Shown here: in pieces, positions 55,911 through 64,000 of the stretch
Position numbering within the stretch: position 1 is the stretch's first letter
Layout: every line of letters starts with the position of its first letter
Assembly: GCA_001775055.1 (NCBI GenBank)
Contig: MFBU01000014.1
Coordinates: 120,535-184,534 of the forward strand
Direction of reading: 5' to 3'
DNA length: 64,000 nt
Origin: Candidatus Curtissbacteria bacterium RIFCSPLOWO2_02_41_11
Lineage (GTDB): Bacteria; Patescibacteriota; Microgenomatia; Curtissbacterales; GWA2-41-24
Program-made: the position numbers and the translations under genes
Notes under the pieces: model-generated
What the model was told of the DNA's origin: nothing
The model's input: only the letters and a program-made list of their open reading frames with translations
Databases searched by the model: none

Positions 55911-56872
55911 TAGTTCTCCCAACCCCCTGGAACAAACCTCTTGTAGATATCGAAATGGACAGAAGGCGATTTGCCCAAATATTTATGCCTGTTGTATTGA
56001 TGTATTTTTTCTAAACGCTTAGATAACTTTTCAAATTGTTTCTTCGACTTTGCGTTTAGTTTTTTAGAAAATTCTATCTTTTCTTTTCGAGTAAATGTTA
56101 GGTACGTGATATATAATTCCACAAACTCATATGTTGTTCCAAATACTTCTTCATCTGTTCTTCCATCAAACATATCACCACTTGGTTTTATATTGATAAT
56201 TTCCTCAGGAATATTTAAGATTTTTGCAACTCGACACACCTCACTTTTATGAATATCTGAAATAATTTGTAAGTCTACCATCCCATCTGAGGCTTTGCCA
56301 AAATACCCTAGATAAGCTCCTTCATCACGATTTGTAGTTCCACAGACTACTGCAGGAGAATTTGCCTGATTTAAAAGGCTAGTAATATAATAGAGAGTCG
56401 GCGTTTTTATATAAGCCGCTAACTGCCCGGCTGCCCAGTTTTTGCCTTTGAGATTAATTGACTTATCTATTGTGTTTTTAAGAACTGTGTGGCTCTTTGT
56501 TAAATCAACAACAATCTTTTTTGAATTGAAATACTTCGCAATCTCCTCTCCTCTTTTTGAAGCACCTTTTTGATTGGTTGCCGCTAATGGAGAAAAAACA
56601 GGCATCAAGATTGCATAAATATTTTTAATAGGTGAATTTTTGTGACGCGAGGCATTATGAACTATTCCCAAAACTACGGCAGAGTCAACGCCTCCGCTTA
56701 CAGCAACAACACAAGACTTTAGTTTAAAATCACTCATGTATCGATTCAGCAACATCGATTTATTTTTAATATAAAGCTGTGGATTAAAATCTCTTTTTGC
56801 ACGAATAATAGTAAGGACATCAAGTAATCCTTGCTCCAAAGTTTTTCCTGTTTGGGGATTATTAATTCTCAT
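55910..56872 (-). CDS. nadE: NH3-dependent NAD(+) synthetase
   Basis: VAVSGGVDS PP-loop, GTTNRDE..LGYFGK.SDG..D...I.D.HKSEV, PSGD.F...TDEE.FG.TY, N.HK. Confidence 0.85.
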   Translation of the reverse strand: MRINNPQTGKTLEQGLLDVLTIIRAKRDFNPQLYIKNKSMLLNRYMSDFKLKSCVVAVSGGVDSAVVLGIVHNASRHKNSPIKNIYAILMPVFSPLAATNQKGASKRGEEIAKYFNSKKIVVDLTKSHTVLKNTIDKSINLKGKNWAAGQLAAYIKTPTLYYITSLLNQANSPAVVCGTTNRDEGAYLGYFGKASDGMVDLQIISDIHKSEVCRVAKILNIPEEIINIKPSGDMFDGRTDEEVFGTTYEFVELYITYLTFTRKEKIEFSKKLNAKSKKQFEKLSKRLEKIHQYNRHKYLGKSPSVHFDIYKRFVPGGWEN

Positions 56873-56916
56873 TTTTGTAAATTGTAGAATGAATCTAAAA
56901 ATTTACCAAGAGAGTA

Positions 56917-57855
56917 TTATCCTGAGGTTCTGACATATCCATACCCTCCACCCTCTGAAGACCTACGAGGCGGACGAGGGGTAGGCGGATTATAAGCAGG
57001 AGATGAGGATGCAGAACTTGACGATCTTCTACTTCGACTAGGGCTGGTCACCTCTTCCTCCTCTGCTACTTCTTCTTTTTGCAGTGCCGCGATCAGGTCT
57101 ATAGCACCCTTATGAACTTCAACAATTGATACCAAAGACTCTGTACCGTCCCTGGCACTTTTCAGTGGAATTGTGATCGAGTTATTAACTGGGTCTTTAT
57201 CGATATTTGCAAAATCTGGTTGAAATTTGCTATCTTCCAGTTGTTTGGGCACATTAATTTTATCTATCCCTTTTTTAGACCCAACTACTATTTTATACTG
57301 ATTCTTTTTGCCACGTGTGAACACAAACACAATGTCTTCTTCCGGATCAAGTTCCTTTCCATTTTTATCTTCAAAAGAAAACGGTATTCTGGCAATTTGC
57401 GGTTTTAAACCCTCTCGTATCAAATTTCTTTCTGCAATTCCATTTGTAAGTAAATCAACGTTAATCGAATGAAGTTCGAAAGGGTTTTGGGATTTACTTT
57501 CGAAAGCTTGTCGGAGTTTTTCGCGAAGTTCTATAAGTTCTTCATCGTTGGTTAATTCTAGCGCAGATGTAATTCTAAAAAAAAATGCTTCATCTCCATT
57601 CTCAATAGAGTCGGCAAGTGCCTTTTTTACTTTTTCTCTTTCTTCTCCCAAGCGTCTCTCGTTAATCCGAATCTGGCCATCAACAATCATAATTGGTGTG
57701 TCGGATTCTAGCTCTACTATTTCTGTATAAATTAAACCAGTTAAGAATCTTGGCCCCATCGAAGCCAACGGAATTCCCTCAGTAGGTTGGTCAGTTCCAA
57801 GGGGACTATCTGTTACTTGATCTGGGTGTTCTGATTGTTCAGATGGTCTTGGCAC
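56917..57855 (-). CDS. Hypothetical protein with acidic and Ser/Arg/Pro-rich C-terminal tail
   Basis: 312 aa ORF; GTG start with TAAAAT 7 nt upstream. Confidence 0.65.
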   Translation of the reverse strand: MPRPSEQSEHPDQVTDSPLGTDQPTEGIPLASMGPRFLTGLIYTEIVELESDTPIMIVDGQIRINERRLGEEREKVKKALADSIENGDEAFFFRITSALELTNDEELIELREKLRQAFESKSQNPFELHSINVDLLTNGIAERNLIREGLKPQIARIPFSFEDKNGKELDPEEDIVFVFTRGKKNQYKIVVGSKKGIDKINVPKQLEDSKFQPDFANIDKDPVNNSITIPLKSARDGTESLVSIVEVHKGAIDLIAALQKEEVAEEEEVTSPSRSRRSSSSASSSPAYNPPTPRPPRRSSEGGGYGYVRTSG

Positions 57856-57895
57856 AGTTAGTATTTTATCATGAGATTATTATATGCTCTAAAGC

Positions 57896-59362
57896 TTAAC
57901 TTATCTGCCAGTCGTGTTGCCATTGTTCAACTTGGACGCCCTTCTTTGCAGCTCTTCCAACCCACTCTGGAGGTCTTGGATTGTTTTTTGACTCGCCTAG
58001 TACATCTTCTACTCCGGACGCTTTGATTAAATCCAAAACTATTTCTTGATCTTCTCTATACATTCCTGCCAAATATTCTTGATAAACTGCCTCCATGAAT
58101 AAATCGTGCCAGTTATCGTTGGTTTTAACCTGCCCACTTCTGAATAACTCGTCAACATCTATAAGGGTCGTTTGGGCAGCTTTTATGCTATCAAGAATCC
58201 TTAATAAATTACGTCGAGTGTAAACGTAAGAACCTCCTTTGATGTCCTTTTCTGATCCAATTTTGCCAAGAGACGCTAAGTTTGAAAGATCACCTTGAAA
58301 AGCGGCTAACCATTTAATAACGGCATCCACGTTTGGTATGTTTTCAAGATCTCTGTACTCTGTTCTTACGTCTTTTTCTCCCTTATAACGCCTGTTCTGC
58401 CAAACTATATCGGGTTGTTCACCTTTGATTAAAAATCTCAAAAACTCTTCATATTCCTTAGTGGTTAATCCTTCAACTATTCTATCTTGCAGTCTGTTTC
58501 TCCTTGCCTCGGATTCTTCAAACCTGCCTCCACCGATGCCAAAAGGATTTTGAGCTGCTACATACCAATACCTGCTATCAAGACCAATAACCCCAGGTAC
58601 AATTCCACCATTGTCAATTATTGATTGCTCCTCAGGCGTTAAAGGTCTTATAATTTCTCCTTCATGTTCGACAATTCTTAATTGAGCCATTCTTTCAATT
58701 GCTGAGTTTTCCCGCTCAATAACATTACCCGGTGCTAAATTTGGTTCGTCAGCTCCATAAACGCTGCCATACATCATAGATCCTGCGAGTGTTCCATTTT
58801 GCCAGCGCCATTGGATAGTATCATCGAGACCATCAATCCCAAGAGCAGCGGCAATTTTTTTACTTTCAAGGAGCGTCAGAGGTCTTGATTGTTTCTCTGC
58901 AGACTCGACAATTTCTTTGAGGCTCTCAGGTAAGTCTGGATCAGCTAGGAGTTCTTTAAAACGAACTGCAAGTTTGGCATCAGCGGGTACAAATCTTCCA
59001 ATTGTGTCACCAGGATCGGAATCCTTAGAATAATTATGTCTCAGATAACTCCTGTTAGTAAGCGCACAAATCACCTCAGCTGCATATGATTTCGAAACAC
59101 CTGTAGGGCCTTCGTTTCTAGATGCAATCCCTCCTTTGAGCCGAACTGCCATATCTCTTATCAAAAGAACAGTTGGTGTATCCCAACAGGTAGAGGCTTT
59201 TAATAGCTCGATTTTCGGGATGAAACGTCTAGCATTAACATCTTCAGGCAATGGTAACCTGTCTAAAACAACATCCAGAACCCTTACTTGGTTTTCTTTA
59301 GGATATTCCTGAATGACTGGGACTTCCCCTAATTTTCGTTCAATGTCTCCCTTTTCTGTCAT
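57896..59362 (-). CDS. MoxR/dynein-related AAA+ ATPase
   Basis: EGPTGVSKS Walker A, GADEPNLA Walker B, AAQNP sensor, RRNRL, T.R.LLR; start MTEKGD at 59362. Confidence 0.82.
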   Translation of the reverse strand: MTEKGDIERKLGEVPVIQEYPKENQVRVLDVVLDRLPLPEDVNARRFIPKIELLKASTCWDTPTVLLIRDMAVRLKGGIASRNEGPTGVSKSYAAEVICALTNRSYLRHNYSKDSDPGDTIGRFVPADAKLAVRFKELLADPDLPESLKEIVESAEKQSRPLTLLESKKIAAALGIDGLDDTIQWRWQNGTLAGSMMYGSVYGADEPNLAPGNVIERENSAIERMAQLRIVEHEGEIIRPLTPEEQSIIDNGGIVPGVIGLDSRYWYVAAQNPFGIGGGRFEESEARRNRLQDRIVEGLTTKEYEEFLRFLIKGEQPDIVWQNRRYKGEKDVRTEYRDLENIPNVDAVIKWLAAFQGDLSNLASLGKIGSEKDIKGGSYVYTRRNLLRILDSIKAAQTTLIDVDELFRSGQVKTNDNWHDLFMEAVYQEYLAGMYREDQEIVLDLIKASGVEDVLGESKNNPRPPEWVGRAAKKGVQVEQWQHDWQIS

Positions 59363-59363
59363 T

Positions 59364-59822
59364 TCAACTAACCTTTCGTAAGTCCAACAGGTGGTCTGTG
59401 ATCTCCCGCATTTTATCTTCTGTATTTTGCTCTGACTCGTTTGTGACGAGGAAGATTTTTGCTTGACTCGGGATTGTAGTGTTTCGCAGGTCAAATGACC
59501 CCTGATGAATATCAAACTTGTTTGATTCCCGCAGTTTTATCAGTTGATCGTAAATAACTGGATCAAAATTTACAGAATTTGCGAAAACAACTATTACTTT
59601 TCCTTTTGAAAGATCCTCGGCAAGGCTTTGGAGAAATCCGAATACATCATTTTTTTCTTCATGAGTAACTTCCGCATAATCTACGTTCAAAAGACTAAAA
59701 AGGTCCCTGATCTGGTTTCTAACATTTGTAGGCGAAATAATTCCCTCTATTGTGTTATACGAGGAGCTGTGAGGGTGTAAATGGAAACTTAGAAATCTAG
59801 CAAGCTGTTTTTGTGCGTTCAT
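59364..59822 (-). CDS. Hypothetical protein
   Basis: 152 aa; 1 bp from each neighbour in the operon. Confidence 0.65.
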   Translation of the reverse strand: MNAQKQLARFLSFHLHPHSSSYNTIEGIISPTNVRNQIRDLFSLLNVDYAEVTHEEKNDVFGFLQSLAEDLSKGKVIVVFANSVNFDPVIYDQLIKLRESNKFDIHQGSFDLRNTTIPSQAKIFLVTNESEQNTEDKMREITDHLLDLRKVS

Positions 59823-59823
59823 A

Positions 59824-62148
59824 TTAACGATAGAAAAACTCTGGATGCTTTACCATATACTCCATGATTATAGCAAAAGCCCTGCCGAATTCTTCGGCGT
59901 CTGTGTATGAGTTTCCAACCTCATCAAAATTAGCACCAAGAGCTCTCGCAATATCTCTTTTTACTCTTTCATGGAGTTCAGGATAAGAATCATTAACGAA
60001 ATCGGTTCCTGGACCGATACCAAAGCCTGCTGTTACTACGCTTCTGTCAGACCTTACTTCACGAAGCAAATCGAGTACTTCTTCCTGCGATGTGCTGGTT
60101 GGCTCACCATCTGTTAAGGTAATAAAATAATTGTTGTCCAGTGGTAGACTGGACATTCTTCTTTTTAAATATCTGTAACTTGCTTGTGTAGCCTCATATG
60201 TAGGTGTACCACTTCCTCCACAATCGGATAGCATTTTTCCAAGTACATCTCTATCTTGATTTGTTAGTTTCTTTTTTCCAAAATCCTTATACAATCTGAC
60301 TTTTCCTTTGAAACTGTCTCTAAAACCTATAATTGCAAATTCAAGACCGAATCTATTCATTACTTCAGAAAAGGCTGCGACCATCTTAAACGTTTCAAAA
60401 ATTTTACCTTCCATTGATGGACTAAGATCAACTAAAAGTAGAAATCTATAGCTTTTTTCGGTGGGTCTACCTTTCGCTTCAAAAGCATTATATTTTCTGG
60501 GATCTGCCTCCATTTGCATTGCTTTTCTCATTGATGGCCTCAAACCGGTTGAGGAATAGCGAATACTCGGTTCTTCCGTCGGTTCAAAAAGTGTTTTAAA
60601 TTCTTTTTCTAGTCTTCTTCTGACAGCATCTACATCAGGCATAGATAGGACAGATTGGTAGGGATCCTCTTGAATTGTTTCGAGTGCTTCTTTTCGCCTT
60701 TTTTCCATATCTCTTGCAACTCTTTCTGCCTCCTTTTGTTGCTCCTCTTTTGCTTGACTAGTTTTTTCTCCTACTCGCCTTTCTTTGTGAGATTCTTGGT
60801 GTCGAGGATCATTTATATGCCCTTTTAGCTTTTCGTTTGCTTCGTCTTCTACATCCTCCAGATCTTCTCTTGCTCTCTGCTCGAGACTGTCTTTCGACTC
60901 ACTCGAAAGATTATCGTAAGCATCTTCTATAGCTTTCTTTGTTTTGTCAGAAAAGTCGTCCCAAGGAATTCTCATGTCAGATCCATTCTCACTTCGACCA
61001 TCCTCTTCTCTGCCTTGAGCACTCGATCCTTGTGTTCCCTCAGCAGGTTCAGCACTTTCTTCTTGCACATTCATACCTTGTTCACTACCAGAAGAATCTC
61101 CTGACTGTTCTCCTTGCGTTTGTTGCGTTTGACCATTAGCCCCAGATTGACCGTCTTCTCCTGTCTGTTTTTCTTGATCTTTCTCTGCTCTTTCTTGCCC
61201 TTGAGGTTCACCAGACTGCTTGGGACCTTTTTGGCCTTGTTGTCGATTAGCCTCTTTTACTTTTTCTCTAATTTCGTCTTGTACATCTTTAGGTAGCGCA
61301 TCAAACGGTATAACCATAATTTGTCCTCCTCCATGCTGGCCCTGGCCACCACCTTGCTGATCTTGAGAGAGCATGTCTTTTATCATATTGACCATATTCT
61401 GGTCTTTTAAGGATTCCTCTACTAATTGTTTATATTTGGGCCAGATCTTTTCTATGAAGACTTCAGTGCTTGCGATAGCTTCTCTCTGAACATCAAATTC
61501 ATCCTTAGTTGTGGGGGTTATTCGGTAAAACTCATCAAATGCGTCGATCGTTTCCCTAATTGTTCTTCTGACATCCTCATCTGGGATTTCTTCCAAAAAA
61601 TGTTCTTTGTCTTCTTCAGTCTTGAGCCCATCTGTAAACTCTCTTTTGTACCAATGATGTATTATTTCTCCTCCCCATTGCATGAATTTAGGTACGTACC
61701 CTAATGAATTCCGGGCGTCTGCTAGCATGCCTTTGTAGTCTAAGCCTCCTCCAGGACTCAGGTCGCGTTCTATATACGCTCTGATCCAGTCTCTGGAGCC
61801 AGGCCTCATACTCATACCGGCTTGGTTTGCTCTGGGATCCTCACAAGCGTTGAAACCAAAGGAAAAACCTGGTTCTTGCCATAAATCAGTAACGTGTTCC
61901 GCTCTTGATACGAGTCTATGATTACCTTCATGAGCAGCAATACCTTTGACAACATCCTCGGGTTCTGTCGCCAAGTCCTTAGCATCCATATTTACGTGAT
62001 TCTTAACAAAATCCCAATGCCAACCACTTCCCCATGGACCAACACCAACTGTCATGCCATAATCTCCACCCATAAAAAGTGCAATTACATCTGCCTTTCT
62101 TCTTATAGTTTCGTCTATCTGGGGTTGTCTTTCGGTTTGATCATTCAT
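59824..62148 (-). CDS. vWA-domain protein (CobT/NorD-like) with N-terminal HExxH region
   Basis: MIDAS motifs LLVDLSPSM, GSGTPT, ITLTDGEP; AHEGNH and N..ED.R; long Q/G/E-rich linker. Confidence 0.82.
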   Translation of the reverse strand: MNDQTERQPQIDETIRRKADVIALFMGGDYGMTVGVGPWGSGWHWDFVKNHVNMDAKDLATEPEDVVKGIAAHEGNHRLVSRAEHVTDLWQEPGFSFGFNACEDPRANQAGMSMRPGSRDWIRAYIERDLSPGGGLDYKGMLADARNSLGYVPKFMQWGGEIIHHWYKREFTDGLKTEEDKEHFLEEIPDEDVRRTIRETIDAFDEFYRITPTTKDEFDVQREAIASTEVFIEKIWPKYKQLVEESLKDQNMVNMIKDMLSQDQQGGGQGQHGGGQIMVIPFDALPKDVQDEIREKVKEANRQQGQKGPKQSGEPQGQERAEKDQEKQTGEDGQSGANGQTQQTQGEQSGDSSGSEQGMNVQEESAEPAEGTQGSSAQGREEDGRSENGSDMRIPWDDFSDKTKKAIEDAYDNLSSESKDSLEQRAREDLEDVEDEANEKLKGHINDPRHQESHKERRVGEKTSQAKEEQQKEAERVARDMEKRRKEALETIQEDPYQSVLSMPDVDAVRRRLEKEFKTLFEPTEEPSIRYSSTGLRPSMRKAMQMEADPRKYNAFEAKGRPTEKSYRFLLLVDLSPSMEGKIFETFKMVAAFSEVMNRFGLEFAIIGFRDSFKGKVRLYKDFGKKKLTNQDRDVLGKMLSDCGGSGTPTYEATQASYRYLKRRMSSLPLDNNYFITLTDGEPTSTSQEEVLDLLREVRSDRSVVTAGFGIGPGTDFVNDSYPELHERVKRDIARALGANFDEVGNSYTDAEEFGRAFAIIMEYMVKHPEFFYR

Positions 62149-62936
62149 TGGTATTTATTACATATATTAAATGGCTTGTTGTAAGAGAGCATATTTTCGA
62201 TGATAATATCGCTGGCTTCTCTTAGATTTTTATTTTTAATTAACCCTGAAAAAATATTGATCCCTGGTGAAATAAAGAGATTACTAACTGCGTAGGTTGG
62301 TCTATGTTTTCGAACATCTTCAGTGACTAATTCTAAGCAAATATATCCGAGCCTGGGAAAGCTGTTCATCACTTTTTTAGCAGTTTCAATAATTTGCGGG
62401 CTTATGCTGTCAGTTATATTTTCATAATCGTAATTACCTTCGATCAAAACCATCTTTCCATTTTTTACTATTCTCTTAAGGTCGACTCTTTTTGAATAAA
62501 TTTTTAGAGGTATTTGCAATGGATCATTCGAATTTATTCTTTTAATGTTCTCTTGTTTTATTAGATCGTTTAATTTTGTAACACCATCTACCTTTAAATA
62601 AACTTTCTTCTCTAAAAGAGCGTTGTAAAAATGGTTATTTGTGATAAAAACTCGTATTTTATCGTGATTACTGTAACTGTTTACCACCACCTTTATTTTA
62701 GAACCTTTTAATATTTCAGTCCAAAAGTGTCTACGTGATAGTACGATTCCCCACATATAAGGTATTGAAGGTGTGAAATCTCCGTAAAATTCATAGCTGT
62801 TGCCCTTAAAGTTTATTGAATATATTGCTGTTCCTTTAAGTCTTGTGAATGTGGCGCCCTTATTTAATAACTCTTTTGCGATCTTTTTCGACGCAGTAGG
62901 AAGGTCAAAATCAACAATTCCTTGTTTTGTTTTCAT
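62145..62936 (-). CDS. Degenerate ATP-grasp protein (paralog of the next gene)
   Basis: Parallel motifs to 62933-63925 (DG.T.L..LI..EN..R, NITDSI, LGY..LEL, SPGI) but lacks the VKP/EK/E.N residues. Confidence 0.55.
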   Translation of the reverse strand: MKTKQGIVDFDLPTASKKIAKELLNKGATFTRLKGTAIYSINFKGNSYEFYGDFTPSIPYMWGIVLSRRHFWTEILKGSKIKVVVNSYSNHDKIRVFITNNHFYNALLEKKVYLKVDGVTKLNDLIKQENIKRINSNDPLQIPLKIYSKRVDLKRIVKNGKMVLIEGNYDYENITDSISPQIIETAKKVMNSFPRLGYICLELVTEDVRKHRPTYAVSNLFISPGINIFSGLIKNKNLREASDIIIENMLSYNKPFNICNKYQ

Positions 62937-63925
62937 ATTACGGGAGGAAAAATAACATCTACTATTGCGTTTGCAACATCTCTTGACTTTCCTTTCTCGG
63001 GCATCATATGCAAAGACAATCCAGGAGCGCTATTTAATTCACAGACCTTGTAGTCATCCATATTTTTGGAAATATCACTGCATAGGAGATCAATACCCAC
63101 AAAGGGCACATTTAGAGCATTTAATATTGCTTTTGCAAGTTTTTTGTAAGAAAGATGCATACTATCTGTAACATCGTAACAGTTTCCTCCAGTTGAAACA
63201 TTTGAATTCTTTCGCAGAAATACTTTTTGTCCTTTTGTAGGAGTCGCAGAAAAGCTTAAACCCTGTTTCTTAAGATGATTTTTAGAAATATCGTCTATTG
63301 CAATTTTGCATAAACAAGTATTTCTAGGATTCATCCGTCTATAATTTTCTACTTTAATTAGTTTCCTAATTGTGCTTTTTCCGTCACCCGTTATATTCGC
63401 TGGGGTCCTTTCTACTGCGGCGATGAAACCGCTTTGAGTAACAAAAATACGATATTCCTTTGCTTCAAACTGTTTTTCGATGAGGAAATAAGCCGACTGG
63501 TTGTATTTCGATAGGAAAGTAACAATTGCAATTTTGAGATCCCTAACACTGTTAATATCCATAATCACGTTTTCACCATGAGAACTAATAGTTGGTTTCA
63601 CTACAACAGGAAAGCCAATTTCTCTTGCGTAGGTAAGTGCTGTTTTTTTGTAGTCTCCGTCAAAAATCTCGCCAGTATTAACCTTGAACCCTTTACTGCT
63701 TAGAAACTTTTTTGCATAGTATTTATCATCAATAATGATTCCTTTAGTAAAGGGAACCAAATTAGTGTAGATGTCATACAATACTTCCTTGTGTCCCTTG
63801 TAGCTTGCTTGGACGAAGTTTGTTTTTCTAATTGGTTGCAATGCCACGCCTCTTTTTCTCATTGCTTCCAGCAAGAGCCTCGAATTAAATGAATGTTTTT
63901 TAAATAAAACATCAATACTATCCAT
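62933..63925 (-). CDS. ATP-grasp peptide ligase, CphA/GshF-like
   Basis: DDK..AK..L, GFPVVVKP, HGENV, LIEKQF, EYRIFV, R.PANITGDG.STI..LI, NVSTGG, GIDL, ELNSAPGL. Confidence 0.82.
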   Translation of the reverse strand: MDSIDVLFKKHSFNSRLLLEAMRKRGVALQPIRKTNFVQASYKGHKEVLYDIYTNLVPFTKGIIIDDKYYAKKFLSSKGFKVNTGEIFDGDYKKTALTYAREIGFPVVVKPTISSHGENVIMDINSVRDLKIAIVTFLSKYNQSAYFLIEKQFEAKEYRIFVTQSGFIAAVERTPANITGDGKSTIRKLIKVENYRRMNPRNTCLCKIAIDDISKNHLKKQGLSFSATPTKGQKVFLRKNSNVSTGGNCYDVTDSMHLSYKKLAKAILNALNVPFVGIDLLCSDISKNMDDYKVCELNSAPGLSLHMMPEKGKSRDVANAIVDVIFPPVI

Positions 63926-64000
63926 AATTTTCCTAAAACGTACGCTTGATTATAGTATAGTCAGGGTTCAATTCAAGAATACATAAAAAATACCCGAAGA

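Noticed and set aside
1801-63171. Many 60-150 aa ORFs antisense or out of frame within long genes
   Set aside because: They lie wholly within well-supported genes and show no motifs; treated as shadow ORFs.
1-64000. CRISPR array, rRNA, IS transposase, integrase or prophage genes
   Set aside because: No regularly spaced repeats or diagnostic motifs were seen by eye.

Overview
AT-rich, gene-dense bacterial chromosome segment. Its gene content and style (trimmed synthetases, comM, GT-C glycosyltransferases, DUF3048/DUF4446/DUF5679 genes, few SD sites) are most consistent with a Patescibacteria/CPR (Microgenomates-like) genome; this assignment is an inference. 1-5.4 kb: two membrane glycosyltransferases, miaA, an AI-2E transporter and RNase P RNA. 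5.4-24.6 kb: an almost complete de novo purine cluster (purN, D, L, Q, M, two archaeal-type purP, A, B, E, C, guaA, rdgB). It contains an AF0444-like HAD hydrolase and a PfkB kinase, and no purF, purK, purH/purO or guaB lies in the window. 27.3-32.8 kb: comM whose 3' end is duplicated around a 3.6 kb glycosyltransferase/GH130 insert. 33-50 kb: housekeeping genes (secDF, CCA enzyme, recJ, aspS, DD-peptidase, gltX), then a PIG-L deacetylase plus MshC-like ligase pair suggesting a mycothiol-like thiol pathway. 50.1-64 kb: tRNA-Gln with a duplicated 3' end, then an accessory region with a candidate small RNA, a methyltransferase plus RaSEA-like radical SAM enzyme, NadE plus a J-like/NMNAT/PRTase-like fusion, and an ATP-grasp/vWA/MoxR-type operon. 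Several families of short palindromes and heptamer repeats sit in frame inside housekeeping genes. All product calls come from motif recognition by eye; no database searches were run.
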